Below, in pieces: positions 54,993 to 64,000 of a stretch of DNA of 64,000 nucleotides. Position 1 is the first letter of the stretch; each line of letters starts with the position of its first letter. A model generated the notes under the pieces. That model did not search any database. It worked only from the letters and a program-made list of their open reading frames with translations, and was not told the origin of the DNA. Both the position numbers and the translations under genes were made by a program. Source of the stretch: Patescibacteria group bacterium (GTDB lineage: Bacteria; Patescibacteriota; Minisyncoccia; Phycocordibacterales; Phycocordibacteraceae). The stretch covers positions 85,932 through 149,931 of the forward strand of contig JBBTSO010000001.1 in NCBI GenBank assembly GCA_038064695.1. The letters are read 5' to 3'.

Positions 54993-55201
54993 CTCTAAAA
55001 ACACTGCTTAAATTTCTGCGAACATTTTCTATCGTTATCGGACTCGTCCTCATTTGGCGGGGAATTTGGTACATTTTGGATTGGATAGACTTCACCTTTT
55101 TAGCGAGTCAGCACGTGTGGACAGCGGTCGGGGGGATTGTGTTGGGGCTCCTTATTCTCTACATTCCCGACGGAGATTTGAAAGAAATTGAAAAGTTGTA
55201 A
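54989..55201 (+). CDS. small membrane protein
   Basis: 70 aa with two TM helices. Start overlaps the stop of the preceding gene (translational coupling). Confidence 0.3.
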   Translation: MTLKTLLKFLRTFSIVIGLVLIWRGIWYILDWIDFTFLASQHVWTAVGGIVLGLLILYIPDGDLKEIEKL

Positions 55202-55281
55202 TCTTTGTCCTAAAAAATACAATACGTCAGTTTTGTGCCGGCACACCGGTGAGTGGTTGACAGGGTTGATAGAATAAGAGT

Positions 55282-55821
55282 ATGAAAACCGTTGCCGTTC
55301 TTGTAGGTAGTCTGAGGAAAGAGTCGTTTAACCGATCGCTCTTTGAGGCGTTTAAAAAGTATGCTCCCGCTGACCTTCACTTCCAAGAGGTGTCTCTTAC
55401 GATGCCTCTTTATAATGCTGATGTGGAGGAGCGTGGAATTCCTGAAGAAGTTCAACGCGCAAAAGAAATAATTGACCGCGCCGATGGGGTGCTTATCGTC
55501 ACCCCTGAATATAACCGCTCACTACCGGGGGTGTTAAAAAACGCCATCGACTGGACTTCGCGCCCTGGTGGAAAAAGTTCGTGGAAGGGGAAACGAGTTG
55601 CGGGAGCGGGTGCTACCAACGGGTCACTAGGCACGGCACCAGCACAACAACACCTCCGTTCGATATTGGTATATCTTGACACCCGCGTTATGGGTCAGCC
55701 GGAGTTTTATCTCTCTGGGGTTAAAGAAAAAATTGATACCGATGGAACTGTCCGCGATGTGCCTACCAAAGAGCGTGTAGAAAAATTTCTTGCGTCATTT
55801 CTGGCGTTTTTAGAGGCATAA
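55282..55821 (+). CDS. NAD(P)H-dependent FMN reductase
   Basis: VAVLVGSLRKESFNRSL and IVTPEYNRSLPGVLKNAIDW. Confidence 0.8.
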   Translation: MKTVAVLVGSLRKESFNRSLFEAFKKYAPADLHFQEVSLTMPLYNADVEERGIPEEVQRAKEIIDRADGVLIVTPEYNRSLPGVLKNAIDWTSRPGGKSSWKGKRVAGAGATNGSLGTAPAQQHLRSILVYLDTRVMGQPEFYLSGVKEKIDTDGTVRDVPTKERVEKFLASFLAFLEA

Positions 55822-55847
55822 AGTTGTCTTTGTGTTACTATTTGCCT

Positions 55848-56921
55848 ATGGCAACGAAGGCGCCTTCTCCCATTATTATTCATATTTCTCCGACCAGCGT
55901 TCTCTCCACGATCGCTATCGCGCTTGCTATTTGGCTCTTGTTTTACCTCAAGGATCTCGTTCTTATTGTCTTAACCGCCATTGTCATTGCTTCGTCCATT
56001 GAACCCGCGGTCTTATGGTTTATGCGCTATCGGGTAATTCGCCCGGCGGCGGTGGCACTGGTATATGCGCTAGTGTTTGGGTTTTTGTTTGGGTTTGCAT
56101 ACCTCCTCTTTCCACCGCTGATTGAAGAAACAAGTGGATTTGTTTCAACACTTCCAAAGTACATTGAGACATTTAATTTGAGCAGCCTTCTTTCAAATCA
56201 GTTTGCCGCTACCACGCAAGAAGTTACCTCTACCGCTTCACTTGCCACCACCTTGAGCGAGTTCCAGAGTATTTTCACTGCAACAGGTGAAGGTGCATTC
56301 CGTGCTGTTGCCGGTGTGTTCGGCGGGGTGTTCTCCTTTTTCCTCATTCTTCTCTTATCGTTCTATTTTGCCGTTCAGGAAACAGGCATTGATGACTTCC
56401 TTCGCGTCGTGACCCCTATCAAACACCAAAAGTACGCCATTGGCCTTTGGCGCCGCTCACAAGTAAAAATTGGGCTCTGGATGCAGGGACAACTCCTCCT
56501 ATCGCTCATTGTGGCAGTGTTGACCTACCTTTGGCTCACCGTGCTCGGCGTGCCGTACGCCCTTCTCCTTGCCATATTTGCGGCTATTGCTGAGCTAGTT
56601 CCGGTGTTTGGCTCCTTGGCGGCGGCAATACCCGCTATCGCGGTTGCAGGGACTTTTGGGGGCCTCCCTACGGCTCTTTTGGCGGGAGGTGGGTACCTCA
56701 TCATCAACCAAATTCAGGGAAACTTAATTTACCCCCTCGTGGTGAAGCGTGTGGTGGGAGTACCTCCGCTTTTGGTTATTTTGGCGTTGATTGCCGGCGC
56801 GCAGTTGGCAGGATTTTTGGGTGTTCTTCTTTCAGTGCCAATCGCGGCGGCTTTGCAAGAGTTGGTTTCTGATGTAGAAAAGAGCAAGCGCGAACACGAA
56901 CTCGCTGAACAGAATGGATAA
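55848..56921 (+). CDS. AI-2E family transporter (PerM/YhhT-like)
   Basis: Eight-TM topology and a conserved LVPVFGSLAAAIPAI region. Confidence 0.65.
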   Translation: MATKAPSPIIIHISPTSVLSTIAIALAIWLLFYLKDLVLIVLTAIVIASSIEPAVLWFMRYRVIRPAAVALVYALVFGFLFGFAYLLFPPLIEETSGFVSTLPKYIETFNLSSLLSNQFAATTQEVTSTASLATTLSEFQSIFTATGEGAFRAVAGVFGGVFSFFLILLLSFYFAVQETGIDDFLRVVTPIKHQKYAIGLWRRSQVKIGLWMQGQLLLSLIVAVLTYLWLTVLGVPYALLLAIFAAIAELVPVFGSLAAAIPAIAVAGTFGGLPTALLAGGGYLIINQIQGNLIYPLVVKRVVGVPPLLVILALIAGAQLAGFLGVLLSVPIAAALQELVSDVEKSKREHELAEQNG

Positions 56922-58359
56922 GAAACCGCTCTACATTACCACCACATTGCCGTATGTGAACGCCGATCCGCATATTGGGTTTGCGTTAGAAATTTTACAA
57001 GCAGACGTGTTAGCACGACACGCATCGCTTTCAGGCAGGGAAGTATTTTTTAATACCGGCACCGACGAGCATGGGCAGAAAATTTTTGAAACCGCACAGA
57101 AAGCAGGGCGTGACGTGCAGGAATATGTTGATTATTATGCGAGCGAGTTCAAAAAATTAAAAGATGCGCTTGGACTTTCTTCCAGTCTTCATTTCATTCG
57201 CACTACAGAACCTCGTCATATTGAAGCAGCGCAAGAAATGTGGAAACGATGTGCAGCAAACGGCGACATTTACAAAAAAGCATACGAGGGGCTCTACTGT
57301 GTAGGGTGTGAAAAGTTCCTCACCCAAAAGGAAATAGTAGACGGCAAGTGTCACATTCACGGGAAAGAGCCGGTTTTACTTAAAGAAGAAAATTATTTTT
57401 TTAAATTCTCAGAGTACCAAGAAAAATTACTCCAATATCTAAATCGTACTGACGTGGTCATACCAGAGTGGCGCAGGCAAGAGGCAATCAACTTTGTGAA
57501 AGAGGGACTGGAAGACTTCAGTATTTCGCGAGAGAAAGCGCGACTTTCATGGGGTGTGCCAGTGCCGGGGGACGATACGCAGGTGATGTATGTGTGGTTT
57601 GATGCGTTGACGAGCTACATCTCCACCTTAGGTTGGCCGAATGAGGGAGGGGACTTTGAGAAATTTTGGCAGGAAGGTCATGTATTGCAGATGGCGGGGA
57701 AGGATCAAATTCGCTTTCAGTCTTTAATATGGCAGGCGATGATTATGTCGGCAGGAGTAAAAAACACCGACCAAGTTTTCTATCACGGATTTATCAACTC
57801 CGGCGGGCAGAAAATGTCCAAGTCACTAGGGAACGTCATCAACCCGTACGAGCTGGTGCAGAAGTATGGCACTGATGCCACGCGCTACCTTTTGCTTCGC
57901 CACGTTCACTCAACCGAAGATACCGATGTCACGTGGGAAAAACTCGATGAGTGGTATACGGCAGACTTGGTAAACGGAATCGGTAACTTTGTCGCGCGGG
58001 TAATGAAGTTAGCTGAAGAGTACCTACCAGGCCCAGTTGCTATTACCGAAGAGAAAAATTCTCTCATGGTCTCTGCCACCTTAGGTGCTTTTGATTTCAA
58101 CGCCGCACTAGGCTCTCTAATGGGAGTTATTAGTGAAGAGGATGAGTTTATTCAAAAGACAGAGCCATATAAAAAAATAAAGAGCGAAAGTTCTGAAGAA
58201 AAAAAACAGGCAGTAGAAAATATTGAAAGGTTAGTGAGACAAATTGAGTGGTTGGCGTATTATTTTCAACCTTTCATGCCCGAGACCTCAGGAAAAATTC
58301 TTAAGGCCATAGCAGAAAACAAAAAACCAGAGAATTTGTTCCCTAGACTACATGATTGA
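56914..58359 (+). CDS. metG: methionyl-tRNA synthetase (core enzyme without C-terminal tRNA-binding domain)
   Basis: TTTLPYVNADPHIGFA, KMSKSLGN and a zinc knuckle CVGCEKF...C.IHG. Confidence 0.9.
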   Translation: MDKKPLYITTTLPYVNADPHIGFALEILQADVLARHASLSGREVFFNTGTDEHGQKIFETAQKAGRDVQEYVDYYASEFKKLKDALGLSSSLHFIRTTEPRHIEAAQEMWKRCAANGDIYKKAYEGLYCVGCEKFLTQKEIVDGKCHIHGKEPVLLKEENYFFKFSEYQEKLLQYLNRTDVVIPEWRRQEAINFVKEGLEDFSISREKARLSWGVPVPGDDTQVMYVWFDALTSYISTLGWPNEGGDFEKFWQEGHVLQMAGKDQIRFQSLIWQAMIMSAGVKNTDQVFYHGFINSGGQKMSKSLGNVINPYELVQKYGTDATRYLLLRHVHSTEDTDVTWEKLDEWYTADLVNGIGNFVARVMKLAEEYLPGPVAITEEKNSLMVSATLGAFDFNAALGSLMGVISEEDEFIQKTEPYKKIKSESSEEKKQAVENIERLVRQIEWLAYYFQPFMPETSGKILKAIAENKKPENLFPRLHD

Positions 58360-58621
58360 AGTTGTTCTCGGATACGCTCTGATGTTTATGAGCCTACTTG
58401 TGGTATTTTTTGCCTTTCCCAGCCAAGTTTGGAAGAATCATAAAGATAAAAAATTTGGAATTTCTCTCATTTTAGTTTTATTTGGAATTGGAATTTATTC
58501 CTTGCGCATCCCATATACTTTTATTCGTGAAGATTATTTTATTCTCATTCCCGATATTTTCGGTTTACTGGTACACCTAATACTAATTTATCAATTTTTC
58601 TTATACAGGCGTTCAAAATAA
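58352..58621 (+). CDS. small membrane protein
   Basis: 89 aa with three TM helices. Confidence 0.35.
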   Translation: MIEVVLGYALMFMSLLVVFFAFPSQVWKNHKDKKFGISLILVLFGIGIYSLRIPYTFIREDYFILIPDIFGLLVHLILIYQFFLYRRSK

Positions 58622-58630
58622 GAAGTTAAT

Positions 58631-59482
58631 ATGCAATTTAAGTATATAGATATTCATTGCCATCCAAACTTGTCGGGGCTTAAAGAAAACCAAGATGAAG
58701 TGATTGCAAAAATGGCAGAGGAGGGGGTGTTAGGAGTTGTCGTCGGCACTAACCTTGAAAGTTCCCGCGAGGCGGTGAAACTCGCCGAGCAGTACAAACA
58801 TCTCTACGCCACCGTGGGGCTCCACCCCAATTACACTCAAAAAGAAAAATTTGATATATCAAATTTTTCGGAGCTTTTGAAACATGAAAAGGTTGTGGGA
58901 GTGGGGGAATGCGGGGTGGATTATTTTAGGCAAAGCACATCTGCGCCAGGAGACACGCATCAAGACGGATGGAAAGAAAAACAGTGGGAAGTTTTTAAAC
59001 AGCACGTAGAGCTTGCGCTAGAGCACGACAAACCCCTCATGATCCACTGCCGTCCCTCAAAGGGAAGCATGGACGCTTACGAAGAGGTCGCCACCTACCT
59101 CGAGTCATTTGGTCAATGTCCGGACATTGACCAAAAGGGGGGAGGGCGGCACGTAAAAGGGAATATGCACTTTTTTGTGGGGAACGTGGAAGTGGCGAGG
59201 CGGTTTTGGAGTTTAGGATTTACTACTTCGTTTACGGGGGTTTTAACGTTTACCAAAGACTACGACGAGGTGGTACGCGAAGCTCCTGCCGATATGATTC
59301 TCTCTGAAACCGATGCGCCGTGGGCCGCCCCGGTTCCTCACCGCGGGGAAACGAACCATCCTACTTACGTTCGCTACGTCGCAGAAGCGATAGCGCGTAT
59401 TCGTGAAGAACCTGTCGAGGAGGTTCAAAAGACTCTCTTTGCCAATGCGAAGCGTATTTTCGTAATTTCTTCGAAAATTTGA
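58631..59482 (+). CDS. TatD family metal-dependent hydrolase
   Basis: IDIHCHPN, GECGVDY and TDAPW motifs. Confidence 0.8.
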   Translation: MQFKYIDIHCHPNLSGLKENQDEVIAKMAEEGVLGVVVGTNLESSREAVKLAEQYKHLYATVGLHPNYTQKEKFDISNFSELLKHEKVVGVGECGVDYFRQSTSAPGDTHQDGWKEKQWEVFKQHVELALEHDKPLMIHCRPSKGSMDAYEEVATYLESFGQCPDIDQKGGGRHVKGNMHFFVGNVEVARRFWSLGFTTSFTGVLTFTKDYDEVVREAPADMILSETDAPWAAPVPHRGETNHPTYVRYVAEAIARIREEPVEEVQKTLFANAKRIFVISSKI

Positions 59483-59542
59483 CAATCTCGTTTCTACAAA
59501 GCATAATTAGTTCGTTTGTTATAAAAATAAAATCCCTTATCT

Positions 59543-60016
59543 ATGGTCCTAGAAGCTTTTGATTTCATTTCAGATTTTTTCCACGCTCATGGTGCGGATG
59601 CGCATGGCAGTGATCTTCTCTATCGCCTTTTCAGTCATGACACAATGAGTAATCTAAACAACCAACAAGTTGTCGCTGATTACGATTCGATAACGGTTTT
59701 GGAAGAAGTTTCACAAGAACAGCCTCCGTCCAACGCTGCTCTGATTGAAAAATGGGACATTGAACTCCAACAGTCGATTAATGATGCTCAGCAAGCAATC
59801 AATAACATGCCTGTCACTACAGATGTCGAAAAAACTTATAAAATCTATCTTCAAAATCAACTTGATCATGTGAGTGATGAGGAACACAAAGTTCTAAAAA
59901 ATTTCCATTACACAAGTCATGAAAGACTTCAAAAACTTTCAGAGCTAAAACAGGCCGCTGACTCAATCGAGTTGCACGCCGAAAATCCTAACTGGAACAA
60001 TCCTTATAATCCCTAG
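59543..60016 (+). CDS. hypothetical protein
   Basis: 157 aa, AT-rich. No recognised domain. Confidence 0.3.
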   Translation: MVLEAFDFISDFFHAHGADAHGSDLLYRLFSHDTMSNLNNQQVVADYDSITVLEEVSQEQPPSNAALIEKWDIELQQSINDAQQAINNMPVTTDVEKTYKIYLQNQLDHVSDEEHKVLKNFHYTSHERLQKLSELKQAADSIELHAENPNWNNPYNP

Positions 60017-60237
60017 GACACTACTCCAGGTCATTTCGTGCCTGCCTCGGTTCCGCACTGTGGGAAGCTAAACCAGCTTGTGCATGTTCAATATGTTGCC
60101 GTGGCGGTCGCGTATTCGAGGAGAAGCAGTTGAAGATGTTCAACGAGCACTCCTTTCGAACGCAAAGCGGGGGTTTGGCATTGCTACAGAGCCCCGTATT
60201 GCCTGAATAACGACCCCGTGATACGCTGTCCTAACTT

Positions 60238-60750
60238 ATGGATACTGATATGGAAGTTACCGATTACAGCGCCGTTGTGGAGGCGGATGCAGCCAAGGAC
60301 GCTACAGGAGTCTATGAAGTGGGATACCACCTCATCCCTTCTCTTTCTGAATCAGACGTTGAAGGACAGGCATCTGCCTTGGTGGTCGCTCTTAAAAAAG
60401 CAGGAGGTTCGGTTATTGGTGAGCGCGCTCCTATTAAAATGAATCTCGCGTACGCGCTTGAAAAAAAAGTTGCGGGCGCCAAACGTTCATATAACGAAGC
60501 GTACTTCGGATGGGTTGCCTTTGAAGCACCAACTGCATCTCTCAAAACGATTGAAAGCGTTTTTGCTAAAGAAGAAAATGTACTTCGCCACCTGCTTGTT
60601 ACCACCACGGGCGACACCGTTGCGGCGGTACTTGCTGACCCGCTGCTTGACGCGGCATCAGTTCCAGAAGAACTTCCTGAAGTAGCTGCCGAAGCTGAAG
60701 CGGGAGGAGTGGTAGAATCAGTAGGAGCCGATTCTTCTGAGGAGGTCTAA
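60238..60750 (+). CDS. rpsF: 30S ribosomal protein S6 with an acidic C-terminal tail
   Basis: YEVGYHLIPSL...NLAYALEKK...AYFGWVAFEAP...VLRHLLV matches the bS6 pattern. Sits before ssb and rpsR. Confidence 0.7.
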   Translation: MDTDMEVTDYSAVVEADAAKDATGVYEVGYHLIPSLSESDVEGQASALVVALKKAGGSVIGERAPIKMNLAYALEKKVAGAKRSYNEAYFGWVAFEAPTASLKTIESVFAKEENVLRHLLVTTTGDTVAAVLADPLLDAASVPEELPEVAAEAEAGGVVESVGADSSEEV

Positions 60751-60762
60751 ACAATTCTACCT

Positions 60763-61206
60763 ATGTATCTCAATAAAGTCTTTGTTGCGGGTAATCTCAC
60801 TCGTGACCCGGAGTTAAAAGCGCTTCCGAGCGGATCGTCAGTCTGCACCTTTAGTGTTGCCACGAACCGTGTATGGTTTGATCAAAATAAACAAAAACAA
60901 GAAGCGGTAGAGTATCACAACATCGTGGTGTTTGGCCGACAAGCTGAAACATCCGCGCAGTATTTAAAAAAGGGAAGTGGGGTGTTGATAGAAGGGCGCA
61001 TACAAACTCGTAGTTGGGAGAAAGAAGGGCAAAAACAGTACCGCACTGAAATCGTTGCTGAGCGCGTTCAGTTTGGTGCACGTGCAGGGACTGCAGGGCC
61101 TACCCAAGAAGTGCGTGGCGGCGACCAGCCAGGCCAGGAGGGAAGTAGCGCGGGAGGTATAGAGTACCCTACTGAAGAAATTAGCCCTGACGATATTCCA
61201 TTTTAG
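60763..61206 (+). CDS. ssb: single-stranded DNA-binding protein
   Basis: OB-fold start VFVAGNLTRDPEL and a C-terminal DDIPF tail. Confidence 0.9.
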   Translation: MYLNKVFVAGNLTRDPELKALPSGSSVCTFSVATNRVWFDQNKQKQEAVEYHNIVVFGRQAETSAQYLKKGSGVLIEGRIQTRSWEKEGQKQYRTEIVAERVQFGARAGTAGPTQEVRGGDQPGQEGSSAGGIEYPTEEISPDDIPF

Positions 61207-61252
61207 GGAATAGTTGAAAATGTAATGAAAAGCGTGTAGAATCTCTGAACAT

Positions 61253-61435
61253 ATGGATAGCACCCCCAAATACCTTGATTATAAAAATACTGCCTACCTT
61301 AAGCAGTTTTTGAATCCACACGGACGAATTTTAGGAAAGAAGCGTTCTCGTGTCCCTGCTTCACACCAACGTGAAATTGCTTCTGCAATAAAACAGGCAC
61401 GCTTCATGGCGCTCCTCCCGTACGTCATAAAATAG
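61253..61435 (+). CDS. rpsR: 30S ribosomal protein S18
   Basis: YLDYKNTAYLKQFLNPHGRILGKKRSRV is bS18. Confidence 0.85.
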   Translation: MDSTPKYLDYKNTAYLKQFLNPHGRILGKKRSRVPASHQREIASAIKQARFMALLPYVIK

Positions 61436-61475
61436 CACTCCACAAAACCCCCTTCTCAAGGGAGATAAACGCTAC

Positions 61476-61500
61476 AAGCCCTTTCGAAAGGGCTTTTGTT
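61476..61500 (+). terminator. intrinsic terminator after rpsR
   Basis: aagccctttcgaaagggctt followed by ttgttt. Confidence 0.55.
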
Positions 61501-61581
61501 TCGTTTGGCAGGGAGATATAAAAGGAAACTAACGGTTTCTCGGGCCGGTTCGTATAATCATAAGCGCGCAGCAGTGCGCGT

Positions 61582-62157
61582 TTATGATTTACTCACCCTT
61601 TCTACGTACTCTCCGGTTTCGGTGTTGAGGCGCACAATGTCGCCTTCATTAATGAAAAGGGGAGTATTCACGACTGCTCCTGTTTCAAGCACTACCTGCT
61701 TTGAGCCGCCTTGGGCGGTATTTCCTTTAACCGCGGGAGGTGCCTCTTTAACCATAAGCTCTACTTTAATAGGAATTTGAATACCAATGACGGATTCGTC
61801 CCACACGAGGGCGGTGACTACGCTCTTTTCCTTTACGTACTGAATTTGTTGCCCCACCATTTCCTCTCCGAGAGCAATGCGGTTTTGAGGTTTTCCTACC
61901 TCATGAAACCACACCTCACCTTTTGCTTTATAAATATAGACAAACTCTTTTTTCTCCACGTCAGCTTCTTCCACCGTTTCAGTTTGGTGGAATGAAATTT
62001 CCAGTACTTTGCCTGTTTTGATGGCGCGGAGCTTCGTTTGGTTCACCGGTTTTCGTTGCTGTTTTCTAAAAACCCACGAAGAAAGAACCTCAAAGGGTTC
62101 GTTGTTATAAATGATCACTTTTTTAGGAAGGATTTCGTTGTATGAAAGTATTGCCAT
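61582..62157 (-). CDS. efp: elongation factor P
   Basis: Three-domain EF-P pattern (GEYVERVSK at the C-terminus; VWDESVIGIQIP in domain II). Start set to MAILSYNEI. Confidence 0.75.
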   Translation of the reverse strand: MAILSYNEILPKKVIIYNNEPFEVLSSWVFRKQQRKPVNQTKLRAIKTGKVLEISFHQTETVEEADVEKKEFVYIYKAKGEVWFHEVGKPQNRIALGEEMVGQQIQYVKEKSVVTALVWDESVIGIQIPIKVELMVKEAPPAVKGNTAQGGSKQVVLETGAVVNTPLFINEGDIVRLNTETGEYVERVSKS

Positions 62158-62246
62158 GTAACCTTTGATGAGTTCGTCGAGTAGTAACAGTAGTAGCCTG
62201 CGCCAGGGAGTACTATACACCACAATACGACGCGCGCGCTACCTCT

Positions 62247-62873
62247 ATGATACCGGTCAAACTTCTTGACAAAGTACATCTGCTCCCGCTTGATGTAGTG
62301 GTACGTATGCACATACACACTGATGACATAGAGAAACTTTCAGACGAGTCACTCTTGTCATACGCGCTTGAACACCCCGACGCGTTCTCATTTTTGGTCA
62401 AGCGGTATCAGCGAGAGTTTCTGGAACGTGCGCAGTACATAGTGAAAAGTCGTGATGACGCAGAAGATGTAGTGCAGGACGCGTTCGTGCGCATTTATCG
62501 GTTTGCGCCACGTTTTCGCGGCCAGTCGGGAACCTTTAAGAATTGGGCACTCACCATTCTTATGAACGTAGCGCGTACGCGGTATCAACAAAAAGCGCGA
62601 GAGTGGAAACGTACCGCGCCTTTAACTCAGGAGCACTACGAGGGGCTCGCTGCGCCTAGCGGGGAAGAGGGGGCTCTCGCGAAGGACATCATTGAGCGCG
62701 CGCTTCTCCACGTGGGGGAAGAGACTGCCACGCTGCTTAAACTGGCCTTCATTGATGAACTGCCGTACGAAGAAATTGCAAAGCGACAAGGTATTCGGGT
62801 AGGTGCCGTGAAAACGCGCGTTCACCGCGCAAAGAGATCACTCCGTTCTATTATTGGAAACATTACACTATAA
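62247..62873 (+). CDS. ECF-type RNA polymerase sigma factor
   Basis: Region 2 (DVVQDAFVRIYRF...FKNWALTILMNVARTRYQ) and region 4 HTH (ELPYEEIAKRQGIRVGAVKTRVHRAKRSL). Confidence 0.8.
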   Translation: MIPVKLLDKVHLLPLDVVVRMHIHTDDIEKLSDESLLSYALEHPDAFSFLVKRYQREFLERAQYIVKSRDDAEDVVQDAFVRIYRFAPRFRGQSGTFKNWALTILMNVARTRYQQKAREWKRTAPLTQEHYEGLAAPSGEEGALAKDIIERALLHVGEETATLLKLAFIDELPYEEIAKRQGIRVGAVKTRVHRAKRSLRSIIGNITL

Positions 62874-62880
62874 TTACTCT

Positions 62881-63240
62881 ATGAAAACTGACCAGGATAT
62901 TACCGATACTATTATGCGCCGCGTGCACGTCGTGCACGCGCGCCGTATGGTGCTGGCGCCCCGCACGCGCTTTTTTGCATTGGTAGTGGTGACGTTTGCG
63001 CTTGGTATTTCAGTTTCAATTAAGAACGTGATTGGGAATGCGCTCGCAGCCGCTTCTTCATGGAGTGGTTTTTTGTTTTTTATTGGAGATGCATTCCGTT
63101 CAACGGAATTTTTTGTTCAACTCTTTATACTGGGCGCAATCATCCTTGCCGTGTTTTCAATTCGCGACGTGTGCGTGTACTGTGTTGCTCACGACTTCAT
63201 TCCGTTTCTTCGCCACGCCGAACACGAACGCTCGGCCTAA
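62881..63240 (+). CDS. putative anti-sigma factor (membrane protein co-transcribed with the ECF sigma)
   Basis: Position immediately downstream of the ECF sigma gene. N-terminal cytoplasmic segment plus three TM helices. Assigned from context only. Confidence 0.4.
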   Translation: MKTDQDITDTIMRRVHVVHARRMVLAPRTRFFALVVVTFALGISVSIKNVIGNALAAASSWSGFLFFIGDAFRSTEFFVQLFILGAIILAVFSIRDVCVYCVAHDFIPFLRHAEHERSA

Positions 63241-64000
63241 CCCGTCTTCAATTTCTCGCGTATCTCTTTGAGTAATTTGTTGGCGATTGGTTTGTTTTCA
63301 CGCAAATAGGTTCGCGCCGCGTCATACCCGCGTCCCAATTTTTCTTCTCCGTACGTGTATGAGCTCCCCGTTTTAGTAACGAGTGCGTATTTTTCGCCAA
63401 GCGCCAAGAGCTCTCCCTCTTGAGAAATACCCTCGTTGTACATGAGGTCAAACTCGGTTTGTTTAAAGGGCGCGGCAACTTTATTTTTTACCACTTTCAC
63501 CCGCACGCGGCCTCCCACCACTTCCTCGCCTTTCTTAATTTGCGCAATGCGGCGAATATCCATACGAACTGAGGTGTAGAACTTGAGGGCTTTTCCTCCC
63601 GGAGTTGTTTCAGGGTTGCCAAACATCACGCCAATTTGCATACGGATTTGGTTAATGAAAATAACCACGGTCTTACTTTTTGCGACAATAGCGGTTAGTT
63701 TGCGGAGCGCTTGGCTCATCAAGCGTGCTTGGCGTCCTACGTGTGTCTGCTCCATATCGCCCTCAATTTCGGCGCGGGGAGTGAGCGCGGCGACGGAGTC
63801 AATGACGATGACGTCTATTTTTCCGCTTCTGACCAGCGACTCTACAATATCCAACGCCTGTTCTCCGGTATCGGGCTGTGAAACCAAGAGGTCGTCTATT
63901 TGTACCCCAAGGCGTTTTGCATACTCAGGATCAAGCGCGTGCTCAGCATCAACGAACGCGCAGATGCCGTTCTTTTTTTGTGCTTCAGCAACAATATGGA
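63237..64000 (-). CDS. recA: recombinase RecA (C-terminal two thirds; N-terminus lies beyond the window end)
   Basis: [51 protein letters not shown] and SVRMDIRR. The reading frame stays open to position 64000. Confidence 0.9.
   Translation of the reverse strand, partial: HIVAEAQKKNGICAFVDAEHALDPEYAKRLGVQIDDLLVSQPDTGEQALDIVESLVRSGKIDVIVIDSVAALTPRAEIEGDMEQTHVGRQARLMSQALRKLTAIVAKSKTVVIFINQIRMQIGVMFGNPETTPGGKALKFYTSVRMDIRRIAQIKKGEEVVGGRVRVKVVKNKVAAPFKQTEFDLMYNEGISQEGELLALGEKYALVTKTGSSYTYGEEKLGRGYDAARTYLRENKPIANKLLKEIREKLKTG

Noticed and set aside
1-64000. CRISPR arrays, rRNA genes, RNase P, tmRNA and SRP RNA
   Set aside because: I found no regularly spaced direct repeats of 25-40 bp. None of the three ORF-free structured segments (17831-18048, 33425-33500, 60017-60237) matched the conserved cores I know for these RNAs. 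The 3' ends of the mini-elements duplicate tRNA termini, not tmRNA.

Overview
This 64 kb window is a gene-dense bacterial chromosome segment with about 48-50% GC. Several traits fit a small-genome Patescibacteria/CPR-like organism, though this is low-confidence inference: many short proteins, eukaryote-type IleRS, and a MetRS lacking its C-terminal tRNA-binding domain. Other fitting traits are a 23S-IVS-family four-helix-bundle gene, type IV pilus PilMNO genes and leaderless-looking gene starts.

Most of the window is housekeeping:
- Replication, recombination and repair: tsaE, polA (no proofreading domain), holA-like, tdk, ruvA, ruvX, recO, ssb, recA (partial).
- Lower glycolysis: eno and gpmA, sandwiched between the two halves of a split PEP-utilizing enzyme (PPDK/PpsA-like).
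- Ribosome and translation: rpsT, rplS, a secE-nusG-rplK cluster, rpsF-ssb-rpsR, efp, and aminoacyl-tRNA synthetases argS, ileS, metG and glycyl-tRNA synthetase.
- Folate/thymidylate cluster: cofE-like, folA, dcd-like, thyA, tmk, glyA.

I fold seven tRNAs by eye: Lys-TTT, Arg-GCG, Ser-TGA, Arg-TCT, Val-TAC, Leu-GAG and His-GTG.

The most unusual signal is a family of miniature elements (110-180 bp) sitting directly downstream of three tRNA genes: Arg-GCG, Arg-TCT and His-GTG. Each has one end that is an inverted copy of the cognate tRNA's T-loop and the other end a direct duplication of that tRNA's 3' acceptor end. The two tRNA-Arg copies share an ~75 bp core, with a degenerate copy downstream of tRNA-Lys. 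I could not detect this core in the tRNA-His element, which I assign to the family only through its matching terminal architecture. The Arg-GCG locus carries tandem or nested copies. This looks like non-autonomous integrative elements or att-site remnants, with no integrase gene in the window.

Other notable features:
- Heptad-periodic ATACTNN arrays (tandem -10-like boxes) abut start codons.
- A 23S-IVS-family gene is bracketed by inverted copies of that array.
- The tRNA-Lys and tRNA-Arg(GCG) genes share a conserved upstream module.
- ruvX and a large surface-protein gene have long 5' leaders bracketed by inverted repeats.
- An HNH endonuclease gene abuts tRNA-Ser.
- Several start-of-gene duplications and low-GC islets with small transmembrane peptides occur.

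I found no CRISPR array, rRNA gene or recognisable RNase P, tmRNA or SRP RNA.
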